Assembly (NCBI RefSeq): GCF_006345805.1
Contig: NC_043011.1
Span: 41,428,464-41,492,463 of the forward strand
From: Octopus sinensis
Taxonomy: Eukaryota
Reading direction: 5' to 3'
Length of the DNA: 64,000 bases
The notes beneath the pieces are model-generated. The model saw only the letters and a program-made list of their open reading frames with translations, was not told where the DNA came from and did no database searches. Shown one piece after another: positions 49,821 through 62,357 of this stretch; the first letter of the stretch is position 1; the number at the start of each line of letters is the position of its first letter. A program made the translations under genes and the position numbers.

Positions 49821-50236
49821 AGCTCCCCATTGACATCAGTGGGATTCAACTGTTTTACCAATGAATTGGATGTTTTACATCCCTTTGAAGGAATTTTTTT
49901 CCTCCATTTATACATATATATATATCATCCTCATCATCGTTTAACCTCCGTTTTCCATGCTAGCATGGGTTGGACAGTTCGCCGGGGTCTGGGAAGCCAG
50001 GAGGCTGCACCAGGCTCCACTCTGATCTGGCAGTGTTTCTACAGCTGGATGCCCTTCCTAACACCAACCACTCCGTGAGTGTAGTGGGCGCTTTTTATGT
50101 GCCACCAGAGGCTGGCAAACGGCCATGATCGGTTGGTGCTTTTAGGTGTCACCGACACGGACGCCAGTCAGGCGATGCTGGCATCTGCCACATTCAGACG
50201 GTGCTTTTAACGTGTCACTGGCACAGGTATCTTATA

Positions 50237-50282
<46 letters not shown>

Positions 50283-50398
50283 TATATATATATATATATA
50301 ACGGGAAGCTTTATGAAAATAAACAAAAGACGAAGGCAGGTGGAAAACAAACGAACAATTGTATTAGTATGGCGCTCAGGAAATATAAATAAAACAAG

Positions 50399-50436
50399 TC
50401 TTTAACGTTTCGAGCCTACGCTCTTCAACAGAAAGA
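50399..50436 (-). ncRNA. Minimal hammerhead-like motif, same family as 33065
   Basis: TCTTT-CTGTTGA-A-GAGC(GTAG)GCTC-GAAAC-GT-T-AAAGA on minus. Confidence 0.6.
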
Positions 50437-50506
50437 TACACAGAGAGAGAAAAACACAGAAAGAAGGAGTATATATATATATAATATATATATAAATAAA
50501 TATATA

Positions 50507-50558
<52 letters not shown>

Positions 50559-51054
50559 TATATATATACATATATATGTATGTATGTATGTAGTATATAT
50601 ATATATGTAAATGTATGTGTATATATACATATGGGTGTACACATAGACACATACATATATATGTCTGAATAAACTATGAGCTGGGAAGTCTTTGATCCTA
50701 GGTTTGCTGGTTAACAGCTGACCTAGGGTTAAACAGCCAAATTACAAAAAAGGAACACATTAATTAATGTAGTCCAAGATACACTATGTGTCCTTCCTTG
50801 TGATTGCTGTCATTTAATTCAAGGTCAGCTATGAACCAGCAGACCTATGATCAAAAGCACTCCAACTGTGACCATCCCATATTTTATTCAGACATGGTGT
50901 ATCTCAGATTACACTAATAGATTATCTAACAGATAACGAATGTACTCTAAGATATGCTACGTTTGAATAAATTAAAGGATAGTCACAGTTGGAATGTCTT
51001 TGATCATAGGTCAGCTTGTTCGCAGCTGATATGAGGTTGAACAACAACAGCAAA

Positions 51055-51414
51055 GTGGAGGCGCAATGGCCCAGTGGTTAGGGCAGCGGACTTGCGGTCG
51101 GAGGATCGTGGTTTCGATCCCCAGACCGAGCGTTGTGTGTGTTTATTGAACGAAAACACCTAAAGCTCCACGAGGCTCCGGCAGGGGGTGTGGTAGCGAC
51201 CCCTGTTGTGCTCTTTCACTACAACTTTCTCTCACTCTTTCTTCCTGTTTCTTGTCCCCAACTTCCTACGCAACCGCTGAGCCTGGATGCACATTCATCC
51301 ATCCGTCGATGCTCTCGGTGTCAGGGGTTGACCTGCTTTCTTTTCTGCGGGTCTTACGAATAGCAAAGGACCACGCTTCGGACTTCTCCCAGGCGCTCAA
51401 CAAACTAACAAACA
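51055..51414 (+). mobile_element. Young tRNA-derived SINE (family C) with 12-bp TSD
   Basis: A box tggcccagtgg, B box ggtttcgatcc, AAAC tail; AACAACAGCAAA at 51043-51054 and 51415-51426. Confidence 0.9.
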
Positions 51415-53104
51415 AACAACAGCAAATTGAAGGTCATTTCTTTCATATGTAACTGCCAAGTCACCCCCAACCTCATCTGTGTCCTCTCTCTCTGTCTGTC
51501 CTACCACTACTGTCTTCCCCATCCCTGCCACTACCACCACCTCTTATTGTGTTCCATGGTTTGAATTGTCTAATGCAAGCTGCATGTTTCATGCTGTATA
51601 GTAGTGAAACATGGAGGTATTGAAATGGAGGAGGTGGGACAGAAATGGTGAATGGAGTATGAGTAATAGAGGGTGTCATGTGATGTCATCCTGAATGGAA
51701 TGTACGGGGTGGGGGGAACTAATGGACAAAGGGTTTGGTCAGGTGGTGCTAATATTGACCAGGAAGGACAGGAGAGGTAGCTAAACTTGCAAGGACATGT
51801 GATGAGGATGGATGGATGAACAGGTGGAAGGATAATTGCTGGGTGAAGATATATTGTGAAGCATGTCATCATATGCTGTCACTAATGTCAACAAGTGCTG
51901 TCAATAAAGTCATACGCCAGCATGGAAAGCGGACATTAAACGATGATGATGCTATCAATTGCTGTCAATAATGTCATCATTTACTGTCAATTTATGTCAT
52001 CCCACATTGTCAATGATATCATCACAAGTTGTCAATGCTATCACCACATGATGTCGTCATCCACTGTTGTCAATGATATGTCAAAGACATTGTATGTCTC
52101 TACAAGGAGTTCCCTCATTGTAAAAACAGAATAATCTCAGACACCATTGTCCAGTGTATGTCCTTCCTTTATTTGTGATGTCCAGATGATGGAGGACATT
52201 CATCATAGAGAATGATTGAGGAAGAACACCAGAAGAAATGGTGAAGTTGGATCTGTTGATGTTGGGATTCATGAATGACAAGAGACAGGATCAACAGAGG
52301 GGAGGTTCCGTGATATCTTGCAGATGCATCCTACAAATAACAGGAAGGAATATCCTGGTTGCAATCAGTATCATCTCTAGGCTGTGCAGCTTCTGCATTT
52401 ATGCACACACATTTTACAACCAGGAAAGGAAACATCGAGCAGAATTAAGGTTTTCAAGATGAAATTCTGTGTTTTGATTTGATTGTAACTTGCGTCTATA
52501 TGCACATGGTTTTGCAAAAACAAAAAATAAAATTTGCACACACACACACACACACAGGTGCAGGCATGGCTGTGTGGCTAAGAAGCTCGCTTTGCAACCA
52601 TGAGATTTTGGGTTCAGTCCCACTATGCGGCACCTCTGGCAGGGCAAGTGTCTTCCACTATTGTTCCAGGCTGATTAATGCCTTGGGAATGAATTCGGTA
52701 AACAGAAAGAGTGTGGAAACCTGTTATGTGTGTTTGTGTGTTTGTGTGTACTCAGCCACTCTTTTTATCTTACTCTCTAATATGCTCTCCTTTCTCTCCC
52801 AGCTCGGGTATCCATGCATCTACTCTCCAACAAGACCCTTATCCTTGTCCCTCTACACCAGTAGTTCTCAATCAGGGTCCATAAGATTTTGTTGTGAAAA
52901 TTTATGTGCAATAAATTGCTTATACTTCTACGATACACAAAACATGTAAACAAATTCTTTTTTATACAATTCTTAATAATATTTAATGATAAAAGAATCA
53001 TAGGATTCTTTTAAAACACAAAATGGTTGTGAGGTTCCATTTGAGTAAAATAGGAATCGAAGGGATTCATAAGCAACAAATGGTAGCAAAACACTGCACT
53101 ATAC

Positions 53105-53304
53105 CAGTGCTCCACAACCTTTTTTCCATTCGCAGTACATTTTTTTTCAAATTCTTTTCAAAATTCAAAATTTGGCAGCATTTTGAACTAAAAATATAAC
53201 AAAAAGTATAGGGGGAAAAAATTATATTCAGGTTTTACTGTGGCACACCTGGCATCGTCCCATGGCACACCAGTGCGCTGTAGCATACTGGTTGCGGAGC
53301 ACTG
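53105..53304. mobile_element. hAT-like MITE
   Basis: TIRs CAGTGCTCCACAACC / GGTTGCGGAGCACTG. Confidence 0.7.
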
Positions 53305-53748
53305 CTCCAAACCATTAATCTCTCAACTGGTACAAAACCACCCTCAATACTACTCCCCCCGCTCCCAGCTGAGGAGTTTTATCTTGCAAGATGTTTGGTG
53401 GCCATGAAAAGCAATGGTGACGGCGCTGTGTAAAAAGCACCCAACGCACTCTGTAAAGTGGTTGGCATTAGGAAGGGCATCCAGATGTTGAAACCATGCC
53501 GAAGCAGATGACTGGAGCCTGGTGCAGCACCTGTCAAACCATGAAACTCATGCCAACATGAGAGACAGATGTTAAACGATGTTGATGATGATGATGATGA
53601 TGATACAATGGCATATGATTCAAGAAATTTGGCTGCCATTTCTAGCAGGCCTGTCAAGGAACACTGCAGACACTCAGCTGAAGTAAATTGCTGTGGTTTT
53701 GCTTTGTGACATTGTGAATTTCATGTGGCAAATTTATTCAAAACACTT

Positions 53749-53976
53749 TTAACCCTTCATTACCACCCCGGATGAAACCGCCTCTGGCTCTGAGAACAAA
53801 TATCTTGTTTTCATAAGTTATCAATTAAAATCTTCCACCGAACCTTAGTCACAATTTATTTTCCTAACACTAGCTTAATGATAACTAAGATATTTTACTA
53901 AATTCTTTGTTATATTTAAAATTAATTGAAAGAAACTCAGAGCATATCAAAATAAATACGGTAACGAGAGGGTTAA
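53749..53976. mobile_element. piggyBac-like MITE with TTAA TSD
   Basis: TTAA-CCCTTCATTACC ... GGTAACGAGAGGG-TTAA. Confidence 0.75.
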
Positions 53977-54239
53977 AGCTCTCCTCCTTCTTTCTTAACG
54001 ACCTTGGACTGAAGAAAAGAATAATAATTAAGATCTATGAGAATGACTTAGAAACAATCAGGTTTTTTTTTTCTTTGTTGTGTATGTGCGTGTGTGTATT
54101 AAATAAAGTAGGTGAAGATCATAATTTCATCAGAAGAGCCATGAAATCTGTCAAAGAATATATATGTGTGTGTGTGAGTGAGCTTTAAGTTTTAACCTAT
54201 TAGTGATGTACAGCATATGGGGGTTTAGTTTACAGGCCA

Positions 54240-54785
54240 GTGGGTGTAACCAGCCCACTTGTGAATACCCCTCATTCATTAGACAATAAACCTTGCTTGC
54301 GAAGACCTATTGAGGCAAGTGAAATCAAAATCAAAATCGCTGACGTGGCCAATGACAGTACCTCCTGATTGGCACTCATGCCAGTGGAACGTTAAAAGCA
54401 CATCCGAGCATGATTGTTGCCAGGATCACAGATTGGCTCCCATGCCGGTGGCACATAAAAAGCACTATTCGAGCATGATCGTTGCCAGCGTCACCTTACC
54501 GGCACATGTGCCAGTAGCACGTGAAAAACATTCAAGTGTGGTCATTGCCTGTACCACTAGACTGACTCCCATGCAGATAGCACGTAAAAAACACCTTTTT
54601 GAGCATGGTCGTTGCCAGAACCGCCTGACTCGGAGTGGTTGGCATTAGGAAGGGCAACCAGCTGTAGAAACTTTGCCAGATCAGATTGGAGCCTGGTGCA
54701 GCCTTCTGGCTAGCTAGTCCTCAGTCAAACCATCCAACCCATGCCAGCATGGAAAGCGAACATTAAACGACGACGATGATGATGA
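54240..54785 (+). mobile_element. RTE 3' UTR fragment
   Basis: Subrepeats and GAT tail. Confidence 0.8.
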
Positions 54786-54967
54786 TGTACGCTAGGTAAG
54801 TGCTGTAACGGATTACTAGGGCTCCAAGGTTATAACCAAGATGGTAGTTAAGGAGTCATTGTAGATTTCTGGTGCAGCAGATATATAATTGTTAAAGAGG
54901 ACAACAAACATTAAGGCAAGGGAAACATCTCAAGTCATATACAATATCAAGACTTTGAATTTTTTCC

Positions 54968-55014
<47 letters not shown>

Positions 55015-55076
55015 CTTGAGATGTTTGCCTTGCCTTAACTTTTGTTATCCTCTTTAACAATTATATTAGTGATATA

Positions 55077-55515
55077 TCATCATCATCATCATCATCGTTT
55101 AACGTCCGTTTTCCACGCTAGCACGGGTTGGACGGTTTCGACTGGGGTCTGGGGAGCCAGGGGCTGCCCCAGGCTCCAGTCTGGTCTGGCAGTATTTCTA
55201 CAGCTGGATGCCCTTCCTAACGCCAACCACTCCGCGAGTGTAGTGGGTGCTTTTTACGTGCCACCTGCACAGGTGCCAGAGGGGTCTGGCATCGGCCACG
55301 GTCGGTTGGTGCTTTTTATGTGCCACCTGCACAGAAGCCAGTCGGGGCGGTGCTGGCATCGGCCACGTTCGGATGGTGCTTTTTATGTGGGGGGGGTGCA
55401 GAAATATAGGGGAGCACCAGCGGGGAGGGGTGTTCGGAGTGTTCATGTACTTGACTCAACAGGTCTCCTCAAGCACAGCGGGACGATCTGGGATCCGGGG
55501 TACTTTGAATGGGCA
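55077..55515 (-). mobile_element. RTE 3' UTR, truncated where the G-rich block begins
   Basis: Reverse complement of 17195-17696. Confidence 0.85.
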
Positions 55516-55559
55516 GGGTTTATGCGGAACTGATGCATTTTTATTTTTTTTATTTTTTT

Positions 55560-56110
55560 TTTCCCTGATCTCTCTTCCAGGGGGGGGGTCCAGCTGAGAA
55601 AGGTTCCACCAGTGAGAAGAGAGGGAGAGAAAGCGGGGTGGTGCAGGTAATATAGGGAAGCACCAGCGGGGAAGGTTGGGGTAAGGAGGAACGATGATAG
55701 GGAGGGGTTGCAACAGGTTCGTAAGAGATAAAAACGTAGGATATCACAAGGGGGGGCGGACTGGAAGGAGATAGCCGGTTGAGGCGGTGACAGATTCAAA
55801 ATAGGAGGAACGTAAGATCAGTGGGGAGGTTGATGAGCTGCGGCGCTTGCTGCTTGTCTTGGTGGGGGGAGGTGTAGTACACAGTGAAAGCATGTGAGGA
55901 GGAGGGGTAGGAGGGAGAGACACGTAATGGTGGTGGGGGAGGAGGAGGGAGGAGGGCATATCCAGTGTAGATGGTGTGAACAGTGTTCACCGGTATTGGT
56001 GGTGGGGGTGGGAAAGGGCGGGAGCACCGCGAATGGCGGTGAACAGTGTTCACCGGTATTGGTGTGGGGGTGGGAAAGGGCGGGAGCACCGCGAATGGCG
56101 AAGATCGGAT
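55560..56110. repeat. G-rich block ending in a tandem duplication of about 62 bp with an internal palindrome
   Basis: GTGAACAGTGTTCACCGGTATTGGTG...GCACCGCGAATGGCG at 55977-56038 and 56040-56100. Confidence 0.75.
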
Positions 56111-56115
56111 TAAAC

Positions 56116-57634
56116 TTCGTAGAGAAAGAATAGAGGAAATTTCGTAGAGAAAGAATAGAGGAAATTTCGTAGAGAAAGAATAGAGGAAATTTCGTAGAGA
56201 AAGAATAGAGGAAATTTCGTAGAGAAAGAATAGAGGAAATTTCGTAGAGAAAGAATAGAGGAATTTCGTAGAGAAAGAATAGAGGAAATTTCGTAGAGAA
56301 AGAATAGAGGAAATTTCGTAGAGAAAGAATAGAGGAAATTTCGTAGAGAAAGAATAGAGGAAATTTCGTATAGAAAGAATAGAGGAAATTTCGTAGAGAA
56401 AGAATAGAGGAAATTTCGTAGAGAAAGAATAGAGGAAATTTCGTAGAGAAAGAATAGAGGAAATTTCGTAGAGAAAGAATAGAGGAAATTTCGTAGAGAA
56501 AGAATAGAGGAAATTTCGTAGAGAAAGAATAGAGGAAATTTCGTAGAGAAAGAATAGAGGAAATTTCGTAGAGAAAGAATAGAGGAAATTTCGTAGAGAA
56601 AGAATAGAGGAAATTTCGTAGAGAAAGAATAGAGGAAATTCGTAGAGAAAGAATAGAGGAAATTTCGTAGAGAAAGAATAGAGGAAATTTCGTAGAGAAA
56701 GAATAGAGGAAATTTCGTAGAGAAAGAATAGAGGAAATTTCGTAGAGAAAGATAGAGGAAATTTCGTAGAGAAAGAATAGAGGAAATTTCGTAGAGAAAG
56801 AATAGAGGAAATTTCGTAGAGAAAGAATAGAGGAAATTTCGTAGAGAAAGAATAGAGGAAATTTCGTAGAGAAAGAATAGAGAAATTTCGTAGAGAAAGA
56901 ATAGAGGAATTTCGTAGAGAAAGAATAGAGGAAATTTCGTAGAGAAAGAATAGAGGAAATTTCGTAGAGAAAGAATAGAGGAAATTTCGTAGAGAAAGAA
57001 TAGAGGAAATTTCGTAGAGAAAGAATAGAGGAAATTTCGTAGAGAAAGAATAGAGGAAATTTCGCAGAGAAAGAATAGAGGAAATTTCGCAGAGAAAGAA
57101 TAGAGGAAATTTCGCAGAGAAAGAATAGAGGAAATTTCGCAGAGAAAGAATAGAGGAAATTTCGTAGAGAAAGAATAGAGGAAATTTCGTAGAGAAAGAA
57201 TAGAGGAAATTTCGTAGAGAAAGAATAGAGGAATTTCGTAGAGAAAGAATAGAGGAAATTTCGTAGAGAAAGAATAGAGGAAATTTCGTAGAGAAAGAAT
57301 AGAGGAAATTTCGTTAGAGAAAGAATAGAGGAAATTTTCGTAGAGAGAATAGAGGAAATTTCGTAGAGAAAGAATAGAGGAAATTTCGTAGAGAAAGAAT
57401 AGAGGAAATTTCGTAGAGAAAGAATAGAGGAAATTTCGTAGAGAAAGAATAGAGGAAATTTCGTAGAGAAAGAATAGAGGAAATTTCGTAGAGAAAGAAT
57501 AGAGGAAATTTCGTAGAGAAAGAATAGAGGAAATTTCGTAGAGAAAGAATAGAGGAAATTTCGTAGAGAAAGAATAGAGGAAATTTCGTAGAGAAAGAAT
57601 AGAGGAAATTTCGTAGAGAAAGAATAGAGGAAAT
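56116..57634. repeat. 25-bp tandem satellite (TTCGTAGAGAAAGAATAGAGGAAAT), about 61 copies
   Basis: Directly visible; few indels; four adjacent T>C variants at 57061-57160. Confidence 0.98.
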
Positions 57635-57679
57635 GGTTAATATAGGGCGTAACAAATATCAGAAAATCAAAAAAAAAAT

Positions 57680-58030
57680 GTGTGTAATAGGTGTAAAACA
57701 ACTTCCTATGAACGAATATGAAAAAAAAAATTCGCGCACGCGAAAGGGGGGTGGGGGAGATGCCTCGGAAAATTCACATCGGGAAGTTCCGAAAGCGTCT
57801 GAGGAGCTGACCCGGGCACCAAAACAAAAAAAAAAAAAAAAAAAAAAAAAAATAGTGTAATATGTGTAAAACAACTTGCTCTAAACGAATATGACAAAAA
57901 AAAATGCGCTCTCGCGAAAGAGGGGTGGGGGAGAGGCCTCGGAATATTTATATCGGGAATTCCGAAAGCGTCTGAACCGGGCACAAAAACAAAAACAAAA
58001 ACAGCGTAATAGGTGTAAAACAACTTGCTC
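57680..58030. repeat. About 2.3 copies of a CpG-rich module of roughly 165-180 bp
   Basis: gtgtaaaacaactt..aacgaatatga, tcgcgaaag, cctcggaa..ttccgaaagcgtctga, ccgggcac, A-run; repeated. Confidence 0.8.
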
Positions 58031-58977
58031 TAAACGACTATCATAAATTAGTGAGCCCAGTACTTGACTGGTTTTTATTTCATTAATCCTGAAAGGATAA
58101 AAGGCAAAATTGACCTCAGCAGGATTTGAACTCAGAACATATCAAACCAGAACAAAAACCACAAGGCATTTTGTCCGATGCTCAAACAATTCTGCCAATG
58201 CGTCACACTGCTACAAGGCCATGGATTTCTTTTTCTTTGAAGGAAGAGCAGCATTGATTACCTTAGCTCTGATTCCTTGAGTCACTTACACCCCAATGGA
58301 GGAAGGGCAAACCCACGACGACGACCACCACCACCACCACCACCAGTAGAAATTGAACTCAGAAACTAAAACATAACATCTCATTTAAGCTGCTACTACT
58401 ACTACTACTGCTGCTGCTGCTACTACTACTGCTGCTGCTACTACTACTACTACTACTACTACCACTGCCGCCACCGCCGCCGCTGCTGCTGCTACTACTA
58501 CTACCACCACCACCACCACCACCACCACCACTACTACTACTACTAAGAGCAACAGTAACGACATTGATCATAACGATAATGATAATTAAGAGCAAACTTT
58601 ATTCATACGAGAAATATGTTGTGGAACCAGTCATACAACTAGTTTTATTTCTTTTCTAAATCCAGGTCAGATTTTTTTTTGTTTTGTTTTATTTTGTTTT
58701 TATCCAGTCTTTTCTGTTTTCATTTTTTATTTTTTTTTGCTCACCACTATTCTGTTTACTTATCGTCTCTACCACACCCATCCTAAATGGCTAGCAACCC
58801 TGTTTCACCTGCTTCAAGGTTTTTACACATCATATGTACAGGTGTGGCTGTGGGGTTAAGAAACTTGCTTCCTTCACATGTGGTCTCAGGTTCAGTCCCA
58901 CAGCACAATACCTTGGGAAGTGTCTTCTACTATAGCACCATCCGGGCCAACTAAAGTCATGCAAGTGGATTTATTAT

Positions 58978-59875
58978 CACCATCATCATCGTTTAACGTC
59001 CGTTTTCCATGCTGGCATGGGTTGTACGGTTTATCTGAGGTCTGGAGAGCCAGCAGCTGCACCAGGCTCCAGTCTGATCTGGTAATGTTTCTACAGCTGG
59101 ATGCCCTTCCTAACGCCAACCACTCTGAGAGTGTAGTGGGCGTTTTTTACATGCCACCGGCACGGGGGCCGGTCAGATAGTCCAGGTATTAACCACGTTC
59201 AGATGGTGCTTTTTACATGCCACCAGCACGGGAGCCAGTCAGGCAGACCTAGCATCAACCACATTCGGATGGTGCTTTCTATGTGCCACCAGCACAGGAG
59301 CCTGTCAGGGGGCACTGGTCACAGCTACGATATTGGTTTTACTTGACTCAACAGGTCTTCTCAAGCATATCATATCACCTGGCACATCAGGGGTACTCTT
59401 AAATGGGTCGAACATGCAACACTGACATCATCCATGGCTGCGATCTCACTTTAGTTGCCAGGTCTTCTCAATCACAACATATTTCCAAAGGTCTTGGTCT
59501 TCTGTCATTATCTATGTGTGAGGCCCAATGTTCAAAGGTCATGTTTCACCTCCTCATCCCATGTTTTCCTGGGTCTACCTCTCCCACTGGTTCCTTCCAC
59601 AGTTAGGGAGTGGCACTTCCTCATACAGCTGTCCTCATCTATATATAACACATGACCATACCAGCGCAGTCGTCATTCTTGCATACCACATTTGATGTTT
59701 CTTATGCCCAACTTTTCTCTCAGGGTGCTTACACTCTGTCATGTATACACACTGACATTACACATCCAGTGAATCATACTAGCTTCATTTCTTTCAAGCC
59801 TACGCATATCCTCAGCAGTCATGGCCCATGTTTCACTGCCGTGTAGCATGGCAGTTCACACACGTACATCATACA
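58978..59875 (-). mobile_element. Decayed RTE with 3' UTR
   Basis: Reverse complement of 16750-17696. Confidence 0.85.
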
Positions 59876-60199
59876 GTCTACCTTTCATTCTGGGTGACTC
59901 TCAACTTTTCAACGACTGGCTACTGGTCTGTTTATAATGGCTGGCTCCTACCACTTTTTACCAGGAGGGGTATACAGTTTCACTATGCAATAAAAAGTTA
60001 CAGAGTGACTCAAAGGCCATGAGTTTCATGCATTGGTACTTAACCAATGCACTTTAGCATTTAAACCAACCATATTTGGCCCAAATATTATCCCTGTTTT
60101 ATGTTCAAACTGGCCAGAGCCTCTTACACTGTCATTCTAAAATAAACAATCGCAGCATTGAAATCTAGAAGTTGTGAGATAATGGATTTACCCAAAACA

Positions 60200-62340
60200 A
60201 TCATCATCATCATCATCATCATTTAGCATCCGCTTTCCATGCTGGCACAGGATGGACGGTCTGAAAGACTAGTAAGCCAGGCGGGGTGCACCAGGTTCCA
60301 ATCTGATTTAGCATGGTTTCTACAGCTGGATGCTCTTCCTAACACCAACCACTCTGAGAGTGTAGTGGGTGTTTTTTACATACCATTGACACCTGACACC
60401 AGCTTCGGCCACTACTATGGTTTCACATGGCTTAACAGGTCTATACAGGCCCAACACTTGAATGGTGCTTTTTACACACCACTGGCACAGATGCCAGTCA
60501 GATGGCACTGGCATCGGCCACGACTACAATGTCACTCAGCTCAACAGGTTTTCACAAGCACAGCATATCCCCCAATGTTTGAAGGCAGCTTTTAAAGGGT
60601 CAGTTTACATGATACAGGCATCGGCCACGACTATGATCTCACTTAGCCTGACAGGTCTTCACAAGCACAGCATATCCCCCAATGTTTGAAGGCAGCTTTT
60701 AATGGGTCAGTTTACATGACACAGGCATCGGCCATGACTATGATCTCACTTAGCCTGACAGGTCTTCTCAAGCACAGCATATCTCCAAAGGTCTTGGTCA
60801 CTTGTTATTGCCTTTGTGAGGCCCAGCATCCAGAGATCGCACTTCACCACCTCATCCCATGTCTTCCTGGGTCTACTTCTTCCACAAGTTCCAACCACAG
60901 TTAGAGATAGGAACTTCTTTACACAACTGTCCTCATCCATATGCATCACATGACCATACCAGTGCAGTCGTCTCTCTTGCGCACCACATCTGATGCTTCT
61001 TATGCCCAACTTTTCTCTCGAGGAACTTACATTCTTTCATGTATGCACACTGACATTACACATCCAGCAGAGCATACTAGCTTCATTTCTTTCAAATCTA
61101 TGTATCTCCTCAACTATCATGGCTCATGTTTCACTGCCATGTAGCAGGCTGTTCACATGCATGCATCATACAGTCTACCTTTCACGCTGAGTGAGAGGCC
61201 CTTTGTTACCAGCTCTCTGAACTTTGTTCAGGCTATCCTTATTCTAGCAGCTATGCTCTCAGAGCATCCACTCCCACTACTGACCTGGTCGCCTAGGTAA
61301 TGGAAGCTACTTCAAACTTTTCCCCCTGACATGTGATGGAATCTGTTTTCTGTACATCTTCGGTGTTTATTGTCCCTGTGCATCTGCTACACACAAAAAC
61401 TATTCTCCCTATTAACATTCCTCTGATATTGCCACATCTCTTATTTGTTCATAGTTTACACTGGATACATCTTATGGAGTTTTTACCTATGCCTTTTCTG
61501 CAGATCGAGCAGGGCCATCTACCTGAAGGGGTTTGTGATTTGTCTGCCTTCCTACTTGCTATGACTTCGGTTTTTGCTAGATTGACTCTAAGGCCCTTCG
61601 ATTCTCTGTTATTGCCTGGAGGACTGTGATTAACAAGAGGAGTCTGAGGATTGATCCTTGGTGAACCTCTACTTGTACCCTGAATTCATTGCTATAGTCA
61701 TTATTAACCCTCTCCTTACTGACAGCATCCCTGTACATGGCTTGTGCAGCTCTCACCAACCGCTCATCTATCCCTAGTTTCCACATTGACCACCAGATAA
61801 GGGATCAGAGTGGGTGCCTGTCAAAGGCTTTCTCTATGTCATCAAAAACTAAGTCCAGAGGTTTATCTTTGGCTCAGAATTTCTCCTGCAGCTGTCTTAC
61901 CAGAAATATAGCATCAGTGGTGCTTCCCCCTGGCACAAACCCAAACTGCATCTCGTCTAAACTAACTCTCTCCCTAATTAGTTGGGTTGACCCTCTCCAT
62001 GTCTTTCATCACCTGATTCATCAATTTGATACCTCTGTAATTATTTCTATCTAAAGTGTCACCTTTACCTTCATAGCAGTTTACTAAGGTGCTGCTACAC
62101 CAGTCATTGGGTATGACCCCTTCGTGTATCACCTGATTGACTCTACAGGTGACTAGGCTATAGCTGACACCACCAGATATTTTAAGCATCTTTGCGATGA
62201 TTCCTGATGGGCTGGAGGCTTTCCCTGTCTTCACATCCTTAATTGCTTTTTCTACCAAGGTACTGCTAATTCAGATAGCTGGTCCCTCAGTTGGGCCAAC
62301 ATTTAGCAACCTTTCATAGTGGTGTTTATAACATTTGTCA
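60200..62340 (-). mobile_element. Longest RTE copy: RT N-terminal motifs to 3' UTR, internally deleted
   Basis: KAIKDVKTGKA, YEGKGD..NYRGIKL, VHQGS, WYGHV, RPRKTW; stops and frameshifts; YADD region absent. Confidence 0.9.
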
Positions 62341-62357
62341 GAGTAATCCGAATGCTA

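Noticed and set aside
51055-51130. tRNA gene
   Set aside because: The acceptor stem does not close, and it continues into a 300-bp body with tail and TSD. It is a SINE head.
52140-52460. Purine-rich segment with coding-like look
   Set aside because: Stops in the best frame and no motif I can assign; possibly an old TE remnant.
56116-57634. CRISPR-like array
   Set aside because: Units are head-to-tail with no unique spacers, there are no cas genes, and the context is eukaryotic.
55818-57701. 627-aa ORF on minus
   Set aside because: It is the 25-bp satellite, whose pyrimidine strand has no stop codon in any frame. The translation is a periodic artefact.
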